This document shows, piece by piece, positions 25,591-38,454 of a stretch of DNA of 64,000 nucleotides. Under the pieces are notes generated by a model. It was not told where the DNA came from and did not search any database. It saw only the letters and a list, made by a program, of their open reading frames with translations. Position 1 is the stretch's first letter, and the number at the start of each line of letters is the position of its first letter. The DNA lies in contig NC_043011.1 in the NCBI RefSeq assembly GCF_006345805.1, positions 36,530,464-36,594,463 of the forward strand, in the 5' to 3' direction. The position numbers were made by a program, and so were the translations under genes. The stretch comes from Octopus sinensis. Its lineage: Eukaryota.

Positions 25591-27804
25591 CTCTTTTACT
25601 TGTTTCAGTCATTTGACTGTGGCCATGCTGGAGCACCGCCTTTAGTCGAGCAAATCGACCCCGGAACTTATTCTTTGTAAGCCCAGTACTTATTCTATCG
25701 GTCTCTTTTGCTGAACCGCTAAGTGACGGGGACGTAAACACACCAGCATCGGTTGTCAAGCAATGCTAGGGGGACAAACACAGACACACAAACATACACA
25801 CAAATACATGTATATATACATATATGCGACAGGCTTCTTTCAGTTTCTGTCTACCAAATCCACTCACAAGGCATTGGTCGGCCTGAGGCTATAGTAGAAG
25901 ACACTTGCCCAAGATGTCACGCAGTGGAACTGAACCCGGAACCATGTGGTTGGTTAGCACATGTATGTATATATATTTGATTGGTAGAAGACTGGTCCTA
26001 GAAATTTTTGTAGGTCTCCTGATATGTCCGTGTGTTAGTACCAAGTGACAATGTTTGGTGTCATAAGTTAAAGCAGAAATAGTTGACTGAACAAGTCTAA
26101 ACAATCAATGCTCTAAATGTTTTCTGCCAAGTGTTTTTTAGAAAAAGAACACATTATTAAGTGTCTGAAGATGGAAGGTGTTCTTCCATCACGATAATGC
26201 TCAGCCACATACAGTGAAGATGACATTCGAAAGGCTGGAGCAGTTTGAATGGGAAACGATGCTCTAATCCACCATATTTGCCAGTCATTGCCCCATCGGA
26301 TTATCAGTTATTTCGCGGTCTTCAAAATCGTTGGGATGGAAAAAATATGAATTCTGTAGACGAGGTCAGAACAGTCCTAGAGGCATATGTTTTGTCACAG
26401 ACAAGTGAATTTTGGAAGAGGGCCTTGCAAGTCTACCAGATAGTTGGAAGAGCATTGTAGAAAAAAAAAGGAGAGTCTATTTTGAATTAAAAAAAGTACT
26501 TGTTTATCTCAATTATGAAAAATAAAGTTTAAAGAAACCACATTATTCATGGGATGACCCAGTATATATATTCTTTTTTTTTCTTTTATTCTTTTACTTG
26601 TTTCAGTCATTTGACTGCGGCCATGTTGGAGCACCGCCTTTAGTCGAGCAAATCGACCCCGGAACTTATTCTTGTAAGCCCAGTACTTATTCTATCGGTC
26701 TCTTTTGCTGAACCGCTAAGTGACGGGGACGTAAACACACCAGCATCGGTTGTCAAGCAATGCTAGGGGGACAAACACAGACACACAAACATACACACAA
26801 ATACATGTATATATACATATATGCGACAGGCTTCTTTCAGTTTCTGTCTACCAAATCCACTCACAAGGCATTGGTCGGCCTGAGGCTATAGTAGAAGACA
26901 CTTGCCCAAGATGTCACGCAGTGGAACTGAACCCGGAACCATGTGGTTGGTTAGCACATGTATGTATATATATTTGATTGGTAGAAGATAGTCACATGAC
27001 TGGTCCTAGAAATTTTTGTAGGTCTCCTGATATGTCCGTGTGTTAGTACCAAGTGACAATGTTTGGTGTCATAAGTTAAAGCAGAAATAGTTGACTGAAC
27101 AAGTCTAAACAATCAATGCTCTAAATGTTTTCTGCCAAGTGTTTTTTAGAAAAAGAACACATTATTAAGTGTCTGAAGATGGAAGGTGTTCTTCCATCAC
27201 GATAATGCTCAGCCACATACAGTGAAGATGACATTCGAAAGGCTGGAGCAGTTTGGATGGGAAACGATGCTCTAATCCACCATATTTGCCAGTCATTGCC
27301 CCATCGGATTATCAGTTATTTCGCGGTCTTCAAAATCGTTGGGATGGAAAAAATATGAATTCTGTAGACGAGGTCAGAACAGTCCTAGAGGCATATGTTT
27401 TGTCACAGACAAGTGAATTTTGGAAGAGGGCCTTGCAAGTCTACCAGATAGTTGGAAGAGCATTGTAGAAAAAAAAAGGAGAGTCTATTTTGAATTAAAA
27501 AAAGTACTTTGTTTATCTCAATTATGAAAAATAAAGTTTAAAGAAACCACATTATTCATGGGATGACCCAGTATATATATTCTTTTTTTTTCTTTTATTC
27601 TTTTACTTGTTTCAGTCATTTGACTGCGGCCATGTTGGAGCACCGCCTTTAGTCGAGCAAATCGACCCCGGGACTTATTCTTTGTAAGCCCAGTACTTAT
27701 TCTATCGGTCTCTTTTGCCGAACCGCTAAGTGACGGGGACGTAAACACACCAGCATCGGTTGTCAAGCAATGCTAGAGGGACAAACACAGACATAGAAAC
27801 ACAC

Positions 27805-27835
<31 letters not shown>

Positions 27836-28008
27836 CATATATACGACAGGCTTCTTTCAGTTTCTGTCTACCAAATCCACTCACAAGGCATTGGTCGGCC
27901 CGGGGCTATAGCAGAAGACACTTGCCCAAGATGTCACGCAGTGGGACTGAACCTGGAACCATGTGGTTGGTTAGCAAGCTACTTACCACACAGCCACTCC
28001 TGCGCCTA
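25591..28008. repeat. ~1.0 kb tandem duplication: SINE(A)-X-SINE(B)-X-SINE(C)
   Basis: SINE copies at 25591-25958, 26591-26955 and 27600-28008. Block X (25959-26590 and 26956-27599) is near-identical apart from an 11 bp indel and 1-2 point changes. Confidence 0.95.
26130..26564 (+). mobile_element. Mariner 3' fragment with right TIR (duplicated at ~27146-27573)
   Basis: HHDNAQPH, PPYLPVIAPSDYQLFRGLQN; right TIR accacattattcatgggatgacccagta matches the 21081-22324 element. Confidence 0.9.
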
Positions 28009-28410
28009 TGTATATATGTATATATAAACACACAGTCATATTGATATAGACAATCTATTTCTGAACATTTTCTGATGATGTTTGGCAATTAAATTGATTG
28101 AAACAGAATAAATAGATATAAATATAAAAAGAAAAAACAGAAAGCTAACAAATCAACAAACAACAATTATTCATTTCCAGAGATGAAGATGATATTCCAA
28201 AAAATTTCTTATCTCATTAAAAACTAATTTCATTGACATTTAATTATTTGATAAACAAATAAATGCAGAAATTGTCTGAAAGAATTTATGAGTAGTTAGT
28301 AACTTGGATCTCTTGTCTCACATAGTTCTTTTTATTGTTGCTATTGTTGTTGTTGTTTAATCTAAGGTAGTCATGAATGATCAAATCCATAATTAAGAAG
28401 TATTCCAGTA

Positions 28411-28720
28411 ATTCTTCTTTCTTTGCCCTTTTCAAGCATAGCCAGGCTCATGGGCCCGGTTTCCCAGTTTCTGTGGCGTATGTGTTCCCCCCCAGCTGGA
28501 CGGGATGCCAGTCCATTGCAGCATTACTCAAGAAACAGGAACAGAGAAAGTTGGAGCAAAAGAGTACAACAGGGGTCGCCAACCCCTTCCCCTGCCAGAG
28601 CCTTGTGGAGCTTTAGGTGTTTTCACTCAATAAACACACACAACGCCCAGTCTGGGAATCGAAACCATGTTCCTCCAACCATGAGTCTGATGCTCTAACC
28701 ACTGGGTCATTGTGCCTCCA
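28411..28720 (-). mobile_element. SINE family 2, tail type B (shared with family 5)
   Basis: Family-2 head and body followed by gcaatggactggcatcccgtccag...gaaaccgggcccatgagcctggc. Confidence 0.85.
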
Positions 28721-29608
28721 CATTCCAGTAATTACTATCTTATTTTGTAGGAGTATCAAAATAACAGGATTGGGTGTATCATTCTTTCTTTAAGACTGTA
28801 GGATTTGATGTGAACAGATTTATCACTGCCATTTCAAACAGGACAAACATGAATGTAAAGACTTCTTTGTTGACCTGTTGCTGTTGATCCCAGCTTGACC
28901 ATTGCTTAATCCTTTAGCCATCAGATAGCTATATTAAATGTAATGCTATAACAGCAGCTCCCAATGACCTGTTGAGTTCAGAATTTATTGAAGATAGTCA
29001 TTCCTTAAATGAAATCAAACTTAAGAACGTTCTGCCCACCCTTAACATATGTTGAATGAATAGCAAATTAAATCCAGCACAATCACACACACACCTCCAT
29101 CCCCATATAACTACCAATCTTTCCTCTATTACCACAACCTTTCCCTCCTTCCCACCAAATACACACTGAAATACCCACTTAACTCACATGATCTTCATAC
29201 TGGTAAAAAAGGATAAATATCCCTTTGTGGTACATCCACTAGTGTTATATCACCTGAAGATATGAATAAATGATGATGATGAACCGGACACTCCTGGATA
29301 CAATGGACTACACTGTAATCATCTGAGGAATATGGAGTGTGATATTAAGAGTGATGTGATTTTTAGAAACACGTGTAGTGATGCATTAAATGGCCAGTCA
29401 AGTGGTACTGGCATCGGCCATGCTCAAATGGTGCTTTTTACGTGCCACCTTCACAGGAGCCATACATGCATACATACACAAGTCTATAGCAGAAGACACT
29501 TGTCCAAGGTGCCACACAGTGGGACTGAACCTGGTACCATGTGGTTGGGAAGCCAACTTCTTCCATGACAGCAACACCTGCTAGTATGTACATTGATGTT
29601 ATTTACTA

Positions 29609-29987
29609 CTAGCAGTATCGCCCGGCGTTGCTCAGGTTTGTAAGGGAAATAACTATAAAGCATTTTTAGAGTTATAGCCAAAAAATAGCAAAAAAATGGA
29701 AAAAAATGATGGTAATTTTTTTTTTAGTTAAAAAAGGTGGAGTTGCGTCCCCTAGACAGTTTGCGGTTTGTGTTCCTAATTCTCGACCCCATGTCGAATT
29801 TATCGATTTTTTCAGAACTGGGGGAACTTTTCAAAATTTTCGCTGCGTTAGTTTTGAATTATGACATTGGGCTATGTGTGTGTCAAGTTTCATCAGAATC
29901 GGTTGAAAGCCGTGGTCAGGGTGAGGGTACAAGCAAACAGACACACAGAAACACGCACAGACAAACTGCCGTTTATATATAGAGAGA
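29609..29987 (-). mobile_element. Non-autonomous Helitron
   Basis: Minus strand A|TC...CTAG|T with subterminal hairpin cctgagcaacgccggg shortly before CTAG. Confidence 0.85.
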
Positions 29988-31666
29988 TTACATGAGTCCT
30001 CAGTCATGATTGAACTGACTAATGATTGAAGATATTCCAGCCATGATCATCTACCTTTAATTTGTGTATCACGGAATGAACATTTTCGTGCATCTCTCTT
30101 TTTTTGGGACAGTAGGATGTTCTTCAAAAGGATACGGATGTTTGGCTGCAAACCAGATATTTCAAACTGGTTGAATGACCATGTAAAGGTACCCTCATTG
30201 ATCTCGTGTCTATATTTTATCTGATCGATACGTGTTAATGATGTGTTTTTATAGGATTGCACATGAATGTGCAGTAAAAATACTGCAGGTTGGGATTTGT
30301 TCAACAGAAAACGAGATGAGATAAACAGATGTGAAACCGACGATAATGATTACTATGGAACGAGGAAGATATCCAAGGTGAGGAAACGGTAGTGGAAGTA
30401 GGAGGAGGAGTGGGAGCTAAAAGAAAGAGGAATATGATAAGGCCTTCAGAAATAACAACTACAGCAACAACAACAGCAACAACAACAAATCTTTATTATA
30501 TACTCTCTTCGCTCCCCAAACATGCTTAAGATGTGACAAAGAAGACCGGACAAGTCTTTCATTACCATATCATATTGTAAAAGCTTATACTTTGGAAATA
30601 ACAGCATTTTAAGACAGAAAATATTTTATATTATTCATTCATCCAGCAACATTTTGTTAAGGGAGCTGGAAACACCTCCCTTCTTCTAAAACAATCAATA
30701 ATAGACTGGAATAACAGAATTCATCCTTTTATTTAACCCCTTTTGTAGTGTTGTTATTTGCTATTAATATTGTGCTGTTGTTATTTGTGGTGTCGGTGAG
30801 GGTTGTGGTGGTTGTGGTGGTGGTGGTGGCTGCCGTGGTGATGTTTTTGGCAGTGCTGTTTATAAAAGTTTCGCAAATTGGTAATTTGATAGGAAATCAT
30901 CCTTTGGATGAGGGATACAACTAATGTTAATGTATTGGATCTGATATTGAAAGGGGAGTCCAGCCCATAAAAAATAAGAATAAAAAAAAACCCTTCATTC
31001 TTTGCATCAAAAGGATCTAGAAATAACAACTCCTTACAAAAAACCCCACCAAAAATCAAAGAAAAAAAAAACTAACCTCGAACACAACCAAGGTAAAATA
31101 GATACGCATACAAAAGAGAGATATTGTTCCCTATCTGATACATAAAACTCAGTGATCTGATGCTTAAGGTTTCCCGGAGTAATTTACCTTACGAACGCAT
31201 ATATCACACACACACACACACATGTGCATGCCCACACATATGTATAGATATGCATTTACTGATGCACACACATATATCTTTTTACACACACACACAAACG
31301 CATATAAATGTACATACATAAATGCACAGACACATGATTCAATCTATACGTGCATGCAAATTTATATGTATGTGAATATAGGTGTGTGTGTGTGCATATG
31401 TAACTATATATCTGCGTGTATATATGTTTATATATAAGTTTATTCACACACACACGCGTGCGCACGCGCACACACACACACGGGCGTGCGCGCACACACA
31501 CATGCACACACACACACACTTATATATATATATAGAGAGAGAGAGCGATAGATTGATACATATATATATATATATATATCTACATATTTATGTACATATG
31601 TTCCTAAATATATGTATATGCATATGTGTGTGTTTGTATATATATACATATATACATATATATATA

Positions 31667-31712
<46 letters not shown>

Positions 31713-31914
31713 GTATATATATATATGTGTGTGTGTGTACATGTGTGGGTGTATACTAGTATCTATCTTTGACTGTCTGTCTATTGGTCTATATATGTAT
31801 ATATATAGATTGATACATATATATATATATATATATCTACATATTTATATACATATGTTCCTAAATATATGTATATGCATATGTGTGTGTTTGTATATAT
31901 ATACATATATACAA

Positions 31915-32659
31915 TCAAAGCAATTAAGATTCAAGTAACTTCCAATGAATTTACTTGAATGTGGTACTTAACTTAGATGCACCAGAAAAACTATATGGTG
32001 TTATCCATACAGTAATGTGGGGTGATTATAAACGAGAAAGAAGCAACAAGAATGGATTGGTTTTTAGTACAATTGTTTCATACAAAGACAGGCTTTATTA
32101 CAAGTTGCAAAAATTGCAGCAGATAAAAGTGTCCCGTACTCATCAGCTAAAATACATTTGAGTTCTCTAGACATCTTAGTGGGTGAGGTTATACTCATGA
32201 GATATTGGAGATAGTTCCATTAGAGGCAGATATAGGTTGTAAACAGTTTTCCAAAGTTCCTTAATGATGATGCACAGTCTTATCACAGATTTTTAAAAAA
32301 ACTTATTAGTTTCGAAGAGGAGATGAATCATATCTCTGGAAATTTAAATCTACACTATGGATTGATTCATCTCCTCTTCGAAACTAATAAGTTTTTTAAA
32401 AATCTGTGATAAGACTGTGCATCATCATTAAGGAACTTTGGAAAACTGTTTACAACTTATATCTGCCTCTAATGGAACTATCTCCAATATCTCATGAGTA
32501 TAACCTCACCCACTAAGATGTCTAGAGAACTCAAATGTATTTTAGCTGATGAGTACGGGACACTTTTGTCTGCTGCAATTTTGCAACTTGTAACAAGCCT
32601 GTCTTTGTATGAAACAATTGTACTAAAAACCAATCCATTCTTGTTGCTTCTTTCTCGTT
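31915..32659. mobile_element. Fold-back 4 (arms 32031-32330 and 32364-32659, 33 bp spacer) plus a one-sided tail 31915-32030; inverted Penelope-like pLTR pair
   Basis: ~300 bp arms with few differences, each containing a complete HHR motif reading outward. Confidence 0.9.
32540..32628 (+). ncRNA. Type I hammerhead ribozyme motif with extended stem II (mirror copy 32062-32152, minus strand)
   Basis: ttttag-CTGATGA-gtacgggaca...tgtctttgtat-GAAAC-aatt-GTA-ctaaaa. Stem I is perfect and stem III is the palindrome CAATTG. Confidence 0.8.
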
Positions 32660-32675
32660 ATACATATATACATAT

Positions 32676-32711
<36 letters not shown>

Positions 32712-32712
32712 A

Positions 32713-32746
<34 letters not shown>

Positions 32747-32815
32747 GTGTATGTGTGCATGTGTGGGTGTATACTAGTATCTATCTTTGACTGTCTGTCT
32801 ATTGGTCTATATATG

Positions 32816-32847
<32 letters not shown>

Positions 32848-32928
32848 AAAAAGTTGAGTTGTGGGGTATCGCACGAGTGGGATTATATAAGAAAAAAGGT
32901 TTGAAACTGCAATTTAAACGATGTTTAT

Positions 32929-32973
32929 TTACTTAACCGGTTTCACTCTTTGGTAAAAGATTATCAAAAGTAA
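32929..32973 (-). ncRNA. Degenerate minimal hammerhead motif at the 3' end of the Neptune-like element
   Basis: ttactt-TTGATAA-tctttt(acc)aaaga-gt-GAAAC-cg-GTT-aagtaa. Stem I is perfect, stem III is the palindrome AACCGGTT, and the core has two substitutions. Confidence 0.55.
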
Positions 32974-33001
32974 CATTTAAGGAAACATTGAATAATATGG
33001 G

Positions 33002-33213
33002 TTCAAAAAAAGTTTTTTACATAATTGTCACATTGAATATTATGCATTCAAAAGAGTTTTTTACATAATTGTCACATTGAATATTATGCATTCAAAAAAG
33101 TTTTTTACATAATTGTCACATTGAATATTATGCATTCAAAAAAGTTTTTTACATAATTGTCACATTGGATATTATGAATTCAAAAATGTTTTTTTATACA
33201 TAATTGTCACATT
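33002..33213. repeat. 44 bp minisatellite, ~5 copies
   Basis: ataattgtcaca recurs at 33021, 33065, 33109, 33153 and 33200. Confidence 0.95.
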
Positions 33214-33469
33214 ACATGTATAAATATAGTGTTTGGTAACAGAGAAGTTCATACAGCCTTTTGACAGCAAAAATTAAAATGGATTTTTTATACATCTCAG
33301 AATATTTTAAGTTCAAGGCGAGAATATGTTTTACTGACCTGTTGGTATTAGCAGAAAAGTTGTACTGAGAAAACAGAAGTAGTCAGCCTGGTGTTTACTT
33401 CCTCTTTATGCATGAATGATTTTGGGGTTATTGGGAGGTTAGTATGTGGGTGTGAATAGATGTGTCCTG

Positions 33470-33862
33470 CCTGCTGGTCAGATACGTTTGTTTGTCACAC
33501 ACATATATATACATACACACACACACACACACAACAACACAACACACACACACACACATAGTATACAAACACAGACCACATACAGACAACACATACACAC
33601 ACCACACACACAACGCACCCACATATATCACATATACACACAGCACACAAATATAACATGTATCTATATATAATATACACAGATATATAACACACATACA
33701 CACACAACATACATACACACACATATATACACTTAATTGTACACATACATATACAATACACATACATACAATATACATATACACAAAGCGCATGCAAATA
33801 ATGTACATGTTTATACACATAAACAAGCAAATAAATGTACACACACGCACATCCACACACAC

Positions 33863-33905
<43 letters not shown>

Positions 33906-34162
33906 AACACATACATACATACATACATGCACATACATATATTTTTTCACACACATACACACACATATATATATATAAAAAATTCCCCCCCACACACAAA
34001 TTACAAACCTATAGCGTACACACTCAAATATATCTCTACATACCACACACACACACAAAGTGCTAACATATACACACATACCATGCATATACACACACAA
34101 CACACACACACACACACACAACGCGCGCGCACACACACATATACACACACACGCACACAGTG

Positions 34163-34198
<36 letters not shown>

Positions 34199-34420
34199 CA
34201 CCCGCGCACACACACACAACGTGCACACACACACACACACACACACACAACACTCACACACATACATCACTTACATATATATAATGCATGCGTGTGCATG
34301 CCACGTATGTGTGCGGTCAATGCCCGCTAGTGTGTCCTATGCGTGCCGATGCGCGCATGTGCCCGCCCGCACGATATGCTGTGAGCGTGCGCGCGTCCCT
34401 GTGTGCTTGCTCTGGATGTG
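33470..34420. repeat. ~950 bp degenerate (CA)n-rich tract ending in a GC/CpG-rich segment
   Basis: Direct observation; lies immediately 3' of the GIY-YIG stop codon on the minus strand. Confidence 0.9.
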
Positions 34421-34435
34421 CTTCCAGGGGGTATG

Positions 34436-35071
34436 TTAGAGTATGTTTAGTTGTGGTCTGTATTTTTGAATAAGATTACTTTCCTTATTTATTCGTGTTT
34501 GGTCTGTGGTGTTGTCCGAGCATTGGTATAGTGGGAAGACTAAGAATTTGGGGGACTTATTGTGTGCAGAAAGGTCTAAGTGTCCACTTAGTGGTATCTG
34601 TCTTGTGGAGGGGTCCCTCAGTTGTTGTCGGTGAACTGTCATTCTTTCTCTGAGGGTAAGGCTCGTTTGCCCTATGTAGTCTTCGTGGCATCCTTCACAC
34701 CTTATGGCGTAGAGTAAATTTTTTGATGTGCACGTGAAATTATTTTTTATGATGAATGTGTGTCCTGAGTGGAACTTGTACGACGATCCCTCAATGAGGT
34801 GGATGCAGGTCTTGCAGTTGGGGCGACCACATTTTTTGATGGTGGGCGGTGGGTTTGTGTTGTGTAATTTTGCGTTGGTGAGGAGGTTTTTTAGGGATTT
34901 AGGTTGTCTCTTACTTTTTATTATTTTATGAGCTGCCAGTATTTTTTTCAGGCGTGGGTCTTGATTTAGTTGTGGAATGTTGTTGTATATAATAGTGTAA
35001 GCTTCTGCATTCCTTGGGTTGTGTGTTGAGAGATAGGGGAGGCTATTTACTGTACTGTGGATGTGTTTGGG
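34436..35071 (-). pseudogene. 5'-truncated Penelope-like (Neptune-type) ORF: linker, Cys motif and GIY-YIG endonuclease, 211 uninterrupted codons
   Basis: LPYLSTHNPRN...KCGRPNCKTC...FTCTSKNLLYAIRCEGCHEDYIGQTSLTLRERMTVH...RINKESNLIQKYRPQLNIL*. Contains the LLY/YIG endonuclease motif, the catalytic R and E, and the C-x4-C-x2-C linker. Confidence 0.92.
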
Positions 35072-35239
35072 TTATATATATATATATTGTTGAGTCTGTG
35101 GAGAGTCATTCTCTTTTACTACCTTATTATTTAACTCACTCACAGGTAAAGTTTCCACTCATTTATTTACTTTTGCTCAAATTTTTGTTGCATTCTTTAA
35201 TTAATAATAATATCTAAACACACACACACACACATACTT

Positions 35240-35277
<38 letters not shown>

Positions 35278-35307
35278 CATACACACACACATACATACAT
35301 ATATATA

Positions 35308-35342
<35 letters not shown>

Positions 35343-35347
<5 letters not shown>

Positions 35348-35511
35348 TGGTGAAGGCTGGTTTCTAGGGTTACCCTGGGTTTCTTCATGGTGTATCTTCA
35401 GACCCTAAGACTTGTTGGCCTTGGTCTCAGGGTCTGAAGACATGCCATAAAGGCACCCTTTATGGCAAGAAACCCAGGGTAATCTTAGAAGCCAGCTTTC
35501 ACCAGTAATAA
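35343..35511. mobile_element. Fold-back 5 (arms 35343-35411 and 35424-35511, 12 bp spacer) carrying HHR motifs
   Basis: Right arm 35429-35486: agggt-CTGAAGA-ca-tgccataaag(gcacc)ctttatggca-a-GAAAC-cc-a-gg-GTA-atct. The left arm has a perfect stem I (accct) but a deleted stem II. Abuts (TA)n. Confidence 0.85.
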
Positions 35512-35589
35512 ATATAGACTGCTCTACTTCTTAGAGTGTGCTTCTTATTTGGATCTGTTTTTCTAAAAAATAATGATTGTATATATATG

Positions 35590-35765
<176 letters not shown>

Positions 35766-35770
35766 TTATG

Positions 35771-36125
35771 AAGGCGCATGGCTCAGTGAAGGCGCATGGC
35801 TCAGTGGTTAGAGCGTCGAGCTTATGATCGTGAGGTTGTGAGATCAAATCCCGGACCGGGCTGCGTGTTGTGCTCTTGAGCAAGGTACTTTATTTCATGT
35901 TGCTCCAGTTCACTCAGCTGTAGAAATGAGTTGCGATGTCACTGGTGCCAAGCTGTATCGACCTTTGCCTTTCCCTTGGATAACACTGGTAGCGTGGAGA
36001 GGGGAGGCTGGTATGCATGGGCGACTGCTGGTCTTCCATAAACAACCTTGCCCGGACTTGTGTCTAGGAGGGTAACTTTCTAGGTGCAATCCCATGGTCA
36101 TTCATGACCGAAGGGGGTCTTTACC
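35771..36125 (+). mobile_element. tRNA-derived SINE (family-5-like head and body, different tail) with an 18 bp 5' duplication
   Basis: gaaggcgcatggctcagt x2, B-box gagatcaaatcc, body ttgagcaagg...gctccagttcactcagctg. Confidence 0.75.
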
Positions 36126-36149
36126 CCTTTATATATATTTATATCTGAT

Positions 36150-36560
36150 CTTGATCATTGGGACTTTCTTAAAGCCTTGAAACTCTACCCCCTGTAGCGC
36201 TGCCGGCTTGAGCGGTACATCATTTGTACGATGTGGAGAATATACCGCCAGCATTGCCCAAACGACCTGAACATTAGTTTCAAGGTTCATCCAAGGCTGG
36301 GACCACGGGCCATACATTCCCTGCCCAATTCAGGATCATAGCTTATAGCTACACTGTGACACAATTTCTTTTCCTCAACAGGCCCTGTCCTGTTTAACAT
36401 TGTCCCGAAAGAGATCAAAGAGGAAAAGCATCCCATCACCTTTAATCAGAGTCTGGACAGATTTCTTCAAGGAATACTGGATAAGCCACCCATAGCTGGA
36501 TACATCTCACTCAACAAGAACTCACTACTTAAATGGACCATAAACAAAACTTGACTTAAA
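36150..36560 (+). mobile_element. CR1/L2-group LINE ORF2 3' fragment
   Basis: ERYIICTMWRIY...GPVLFNIVPKEIK...LDRFLQGILDKPPIAGY...NSL matches the RRERY / GP.LFN.LP / LD.FL..IPD.P layout. Confidence 0.7.
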
Positions 36561-36650
36561 CAGGATTTAGATAATCCTATGAGGTGGTGCTATTAAATTT
36601 GACATGGCCTGGACCAATCTGTGGTGGAAACATATCTAAGTTTTATATAT

Positions 36651-37044
36651 AGGTGCAGGAGTGGGTGTGTAGTAAGTATCTTGCTTATCAACCACATGGT
36701 TCCGGGTTCAGTCCCACTGTGTGGCACATTGGGCAAGTGTCTTCTACTATAGCCTTGGGCTGACCAAAAGCCTTGTGAGTGGACTTGGTAGACGCAAACT
36801 GAAAAAAGCACATCGTATATATATGTGTGTGTGTGTGTGTGTGTATGTTTGTGTGTCTGTGTTTGTCCCCCCAATATCGCTTGACAACCGATGCTGGTGT
36901 GTTTATGTCCCTGTAACTTAGCGGTTTGGCAAAAGAGACCGATAGAATAAGTACAGGGCTTACAAATAATAAGTCCTGGGGTCGATCTGCTTGACTAAAG
37001 GTGGTGCTCCAGCATGGCTGCAGTCAAATGACTGAAACGAGTAA
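36651..37044 (+). mobile_element. SINE family 1, full-length copy
   Basis: Complete homology to the family-1 consensus. Confidence 0.9.
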
Positions 37045-38454
37045 TTTTCATTATAATCATTTTAACTAATAAAATCTAATATAAGCACAAGGCCAGCAAT
37101 TTTAGCAATTTTAGAGGTATCAGGGTCGGATGATTGTCTTAAATTCCAGTACTTGATAGGTATGTTAAATCCTCTCCTGATGGTCGACAGATAAAATTGA
37201 TCTCAGCTGGATTCGAAATCAGTGTATAAAGCCTGGGAAAAATTATTGCAAGGTATTTTGTCTGATGCTCTAAAAATTCTCCAAATTCACTGCTTTATAA
37301 ATTTTTCATGCCAACTTGTCAACTTCTCAGTATGGTCTATGATCTGTTAGAAATAGCAGCCAGATCTTTCTTTAACTACACCCAGCCTTCTTGGAAAGTA
37401 GTGACACATGGCTTAATGTAATTCTTGATAGGAAATGCTTAAGAGAAAGATTGGGTTGGGTGGTGATGAATCAAACAGCTTTTTATCATAGATTATCTTG
37501 ATTAGGGCTGAAACTTACAGGCTAATCTGCTATAATACTAACATTGAGGGCTTTGGGGCTAAAAGTCCAACAACAACAACAAAAATACAACACTGAAAGA
37601 AGGATGGGATGGGCGGCCTTTAAGAAAGGAAGACTGTTGATCATAAGTTTGTTGTACAGATCTGAATTAGTTACTATCTAAAGCTCCTCCCCCACCCCAC
37701 TGCCACTCCCCAAAACACTGAAGGAAGGATGGATGTAGGGGTCTCTATGAAAGATGACCTTCTATCATAGTTCTGCTTGATTATGGTTGAATTAGGGTCA
37801 AAACCCCACAAGCAACAATAACAGCAGCACTGAAGAAATGATTGAGATTGTTTATGAAAGAAGACCTTTGGTCATAGTTTTGATTGATCAGGAATAAATT
37901 CGGGTTTAAACTATAACAATAACACAAAATCAAAGCCACTGAGAGACATAAAGCTGGATCTCATCTACCTTGAAAACAACAACAAAAACCGCTACAAAGT
38001 CTTTTGTTTTAGAAACTGTTTACATTTCTGAATGTGTTGCTTCTAAATTTTTTCAGCTGTGATTTCATGATTCATCTGCTTACTTCTAGTAAATCCTGTG
38101 ACACTTGAAGACAGAATCACCCCTTACTGGATGATCATGTTTTGAAATCAAAACTCCTTAATCCAGTAAGAGTGGATTGTAATATTTTGATATTGAAACG
38201 CTAATCCGCCTTTACTGGTTTGAGATGTTTTGAAATCAAAGCATTTGCTGGATTGTGAATTTTGATATTATAGCTCTGCAGTCCAACCTCACTGGATGAT
38301 GGTGTCTTGGTATCTTCAAAAGATTTAAATGGTCAGAAATTTAAAAGGAGCAAGAATGGAAGTGTTATGATGTTCATACATTTCCTGAAGCAACAGACAA
38401 CTTTCATTCAAGTCTACAGCATTCAAATTCATAATAAACTAAAGTGTAGGAATG

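Noticed and set aside
28066-28110. CTGATGA...GAAAC as a hammerhead
   Set aside because: Stem II does not close against the core, and there is no NUH/stem I pairing.
30781-31059. His-rich, Pro-rich or Thr-rich ORFs
   Set aside because: Derived from a degenerate (CAC/CAA) repeat; no splice sites that keep a frame open.
33002-33213. 44 bp repeats (and the 55416 array) as a CRISPR array
   Set aside because: Contiguous tandem units with no unique spacers, in a eukaryotic context with no cas genes.
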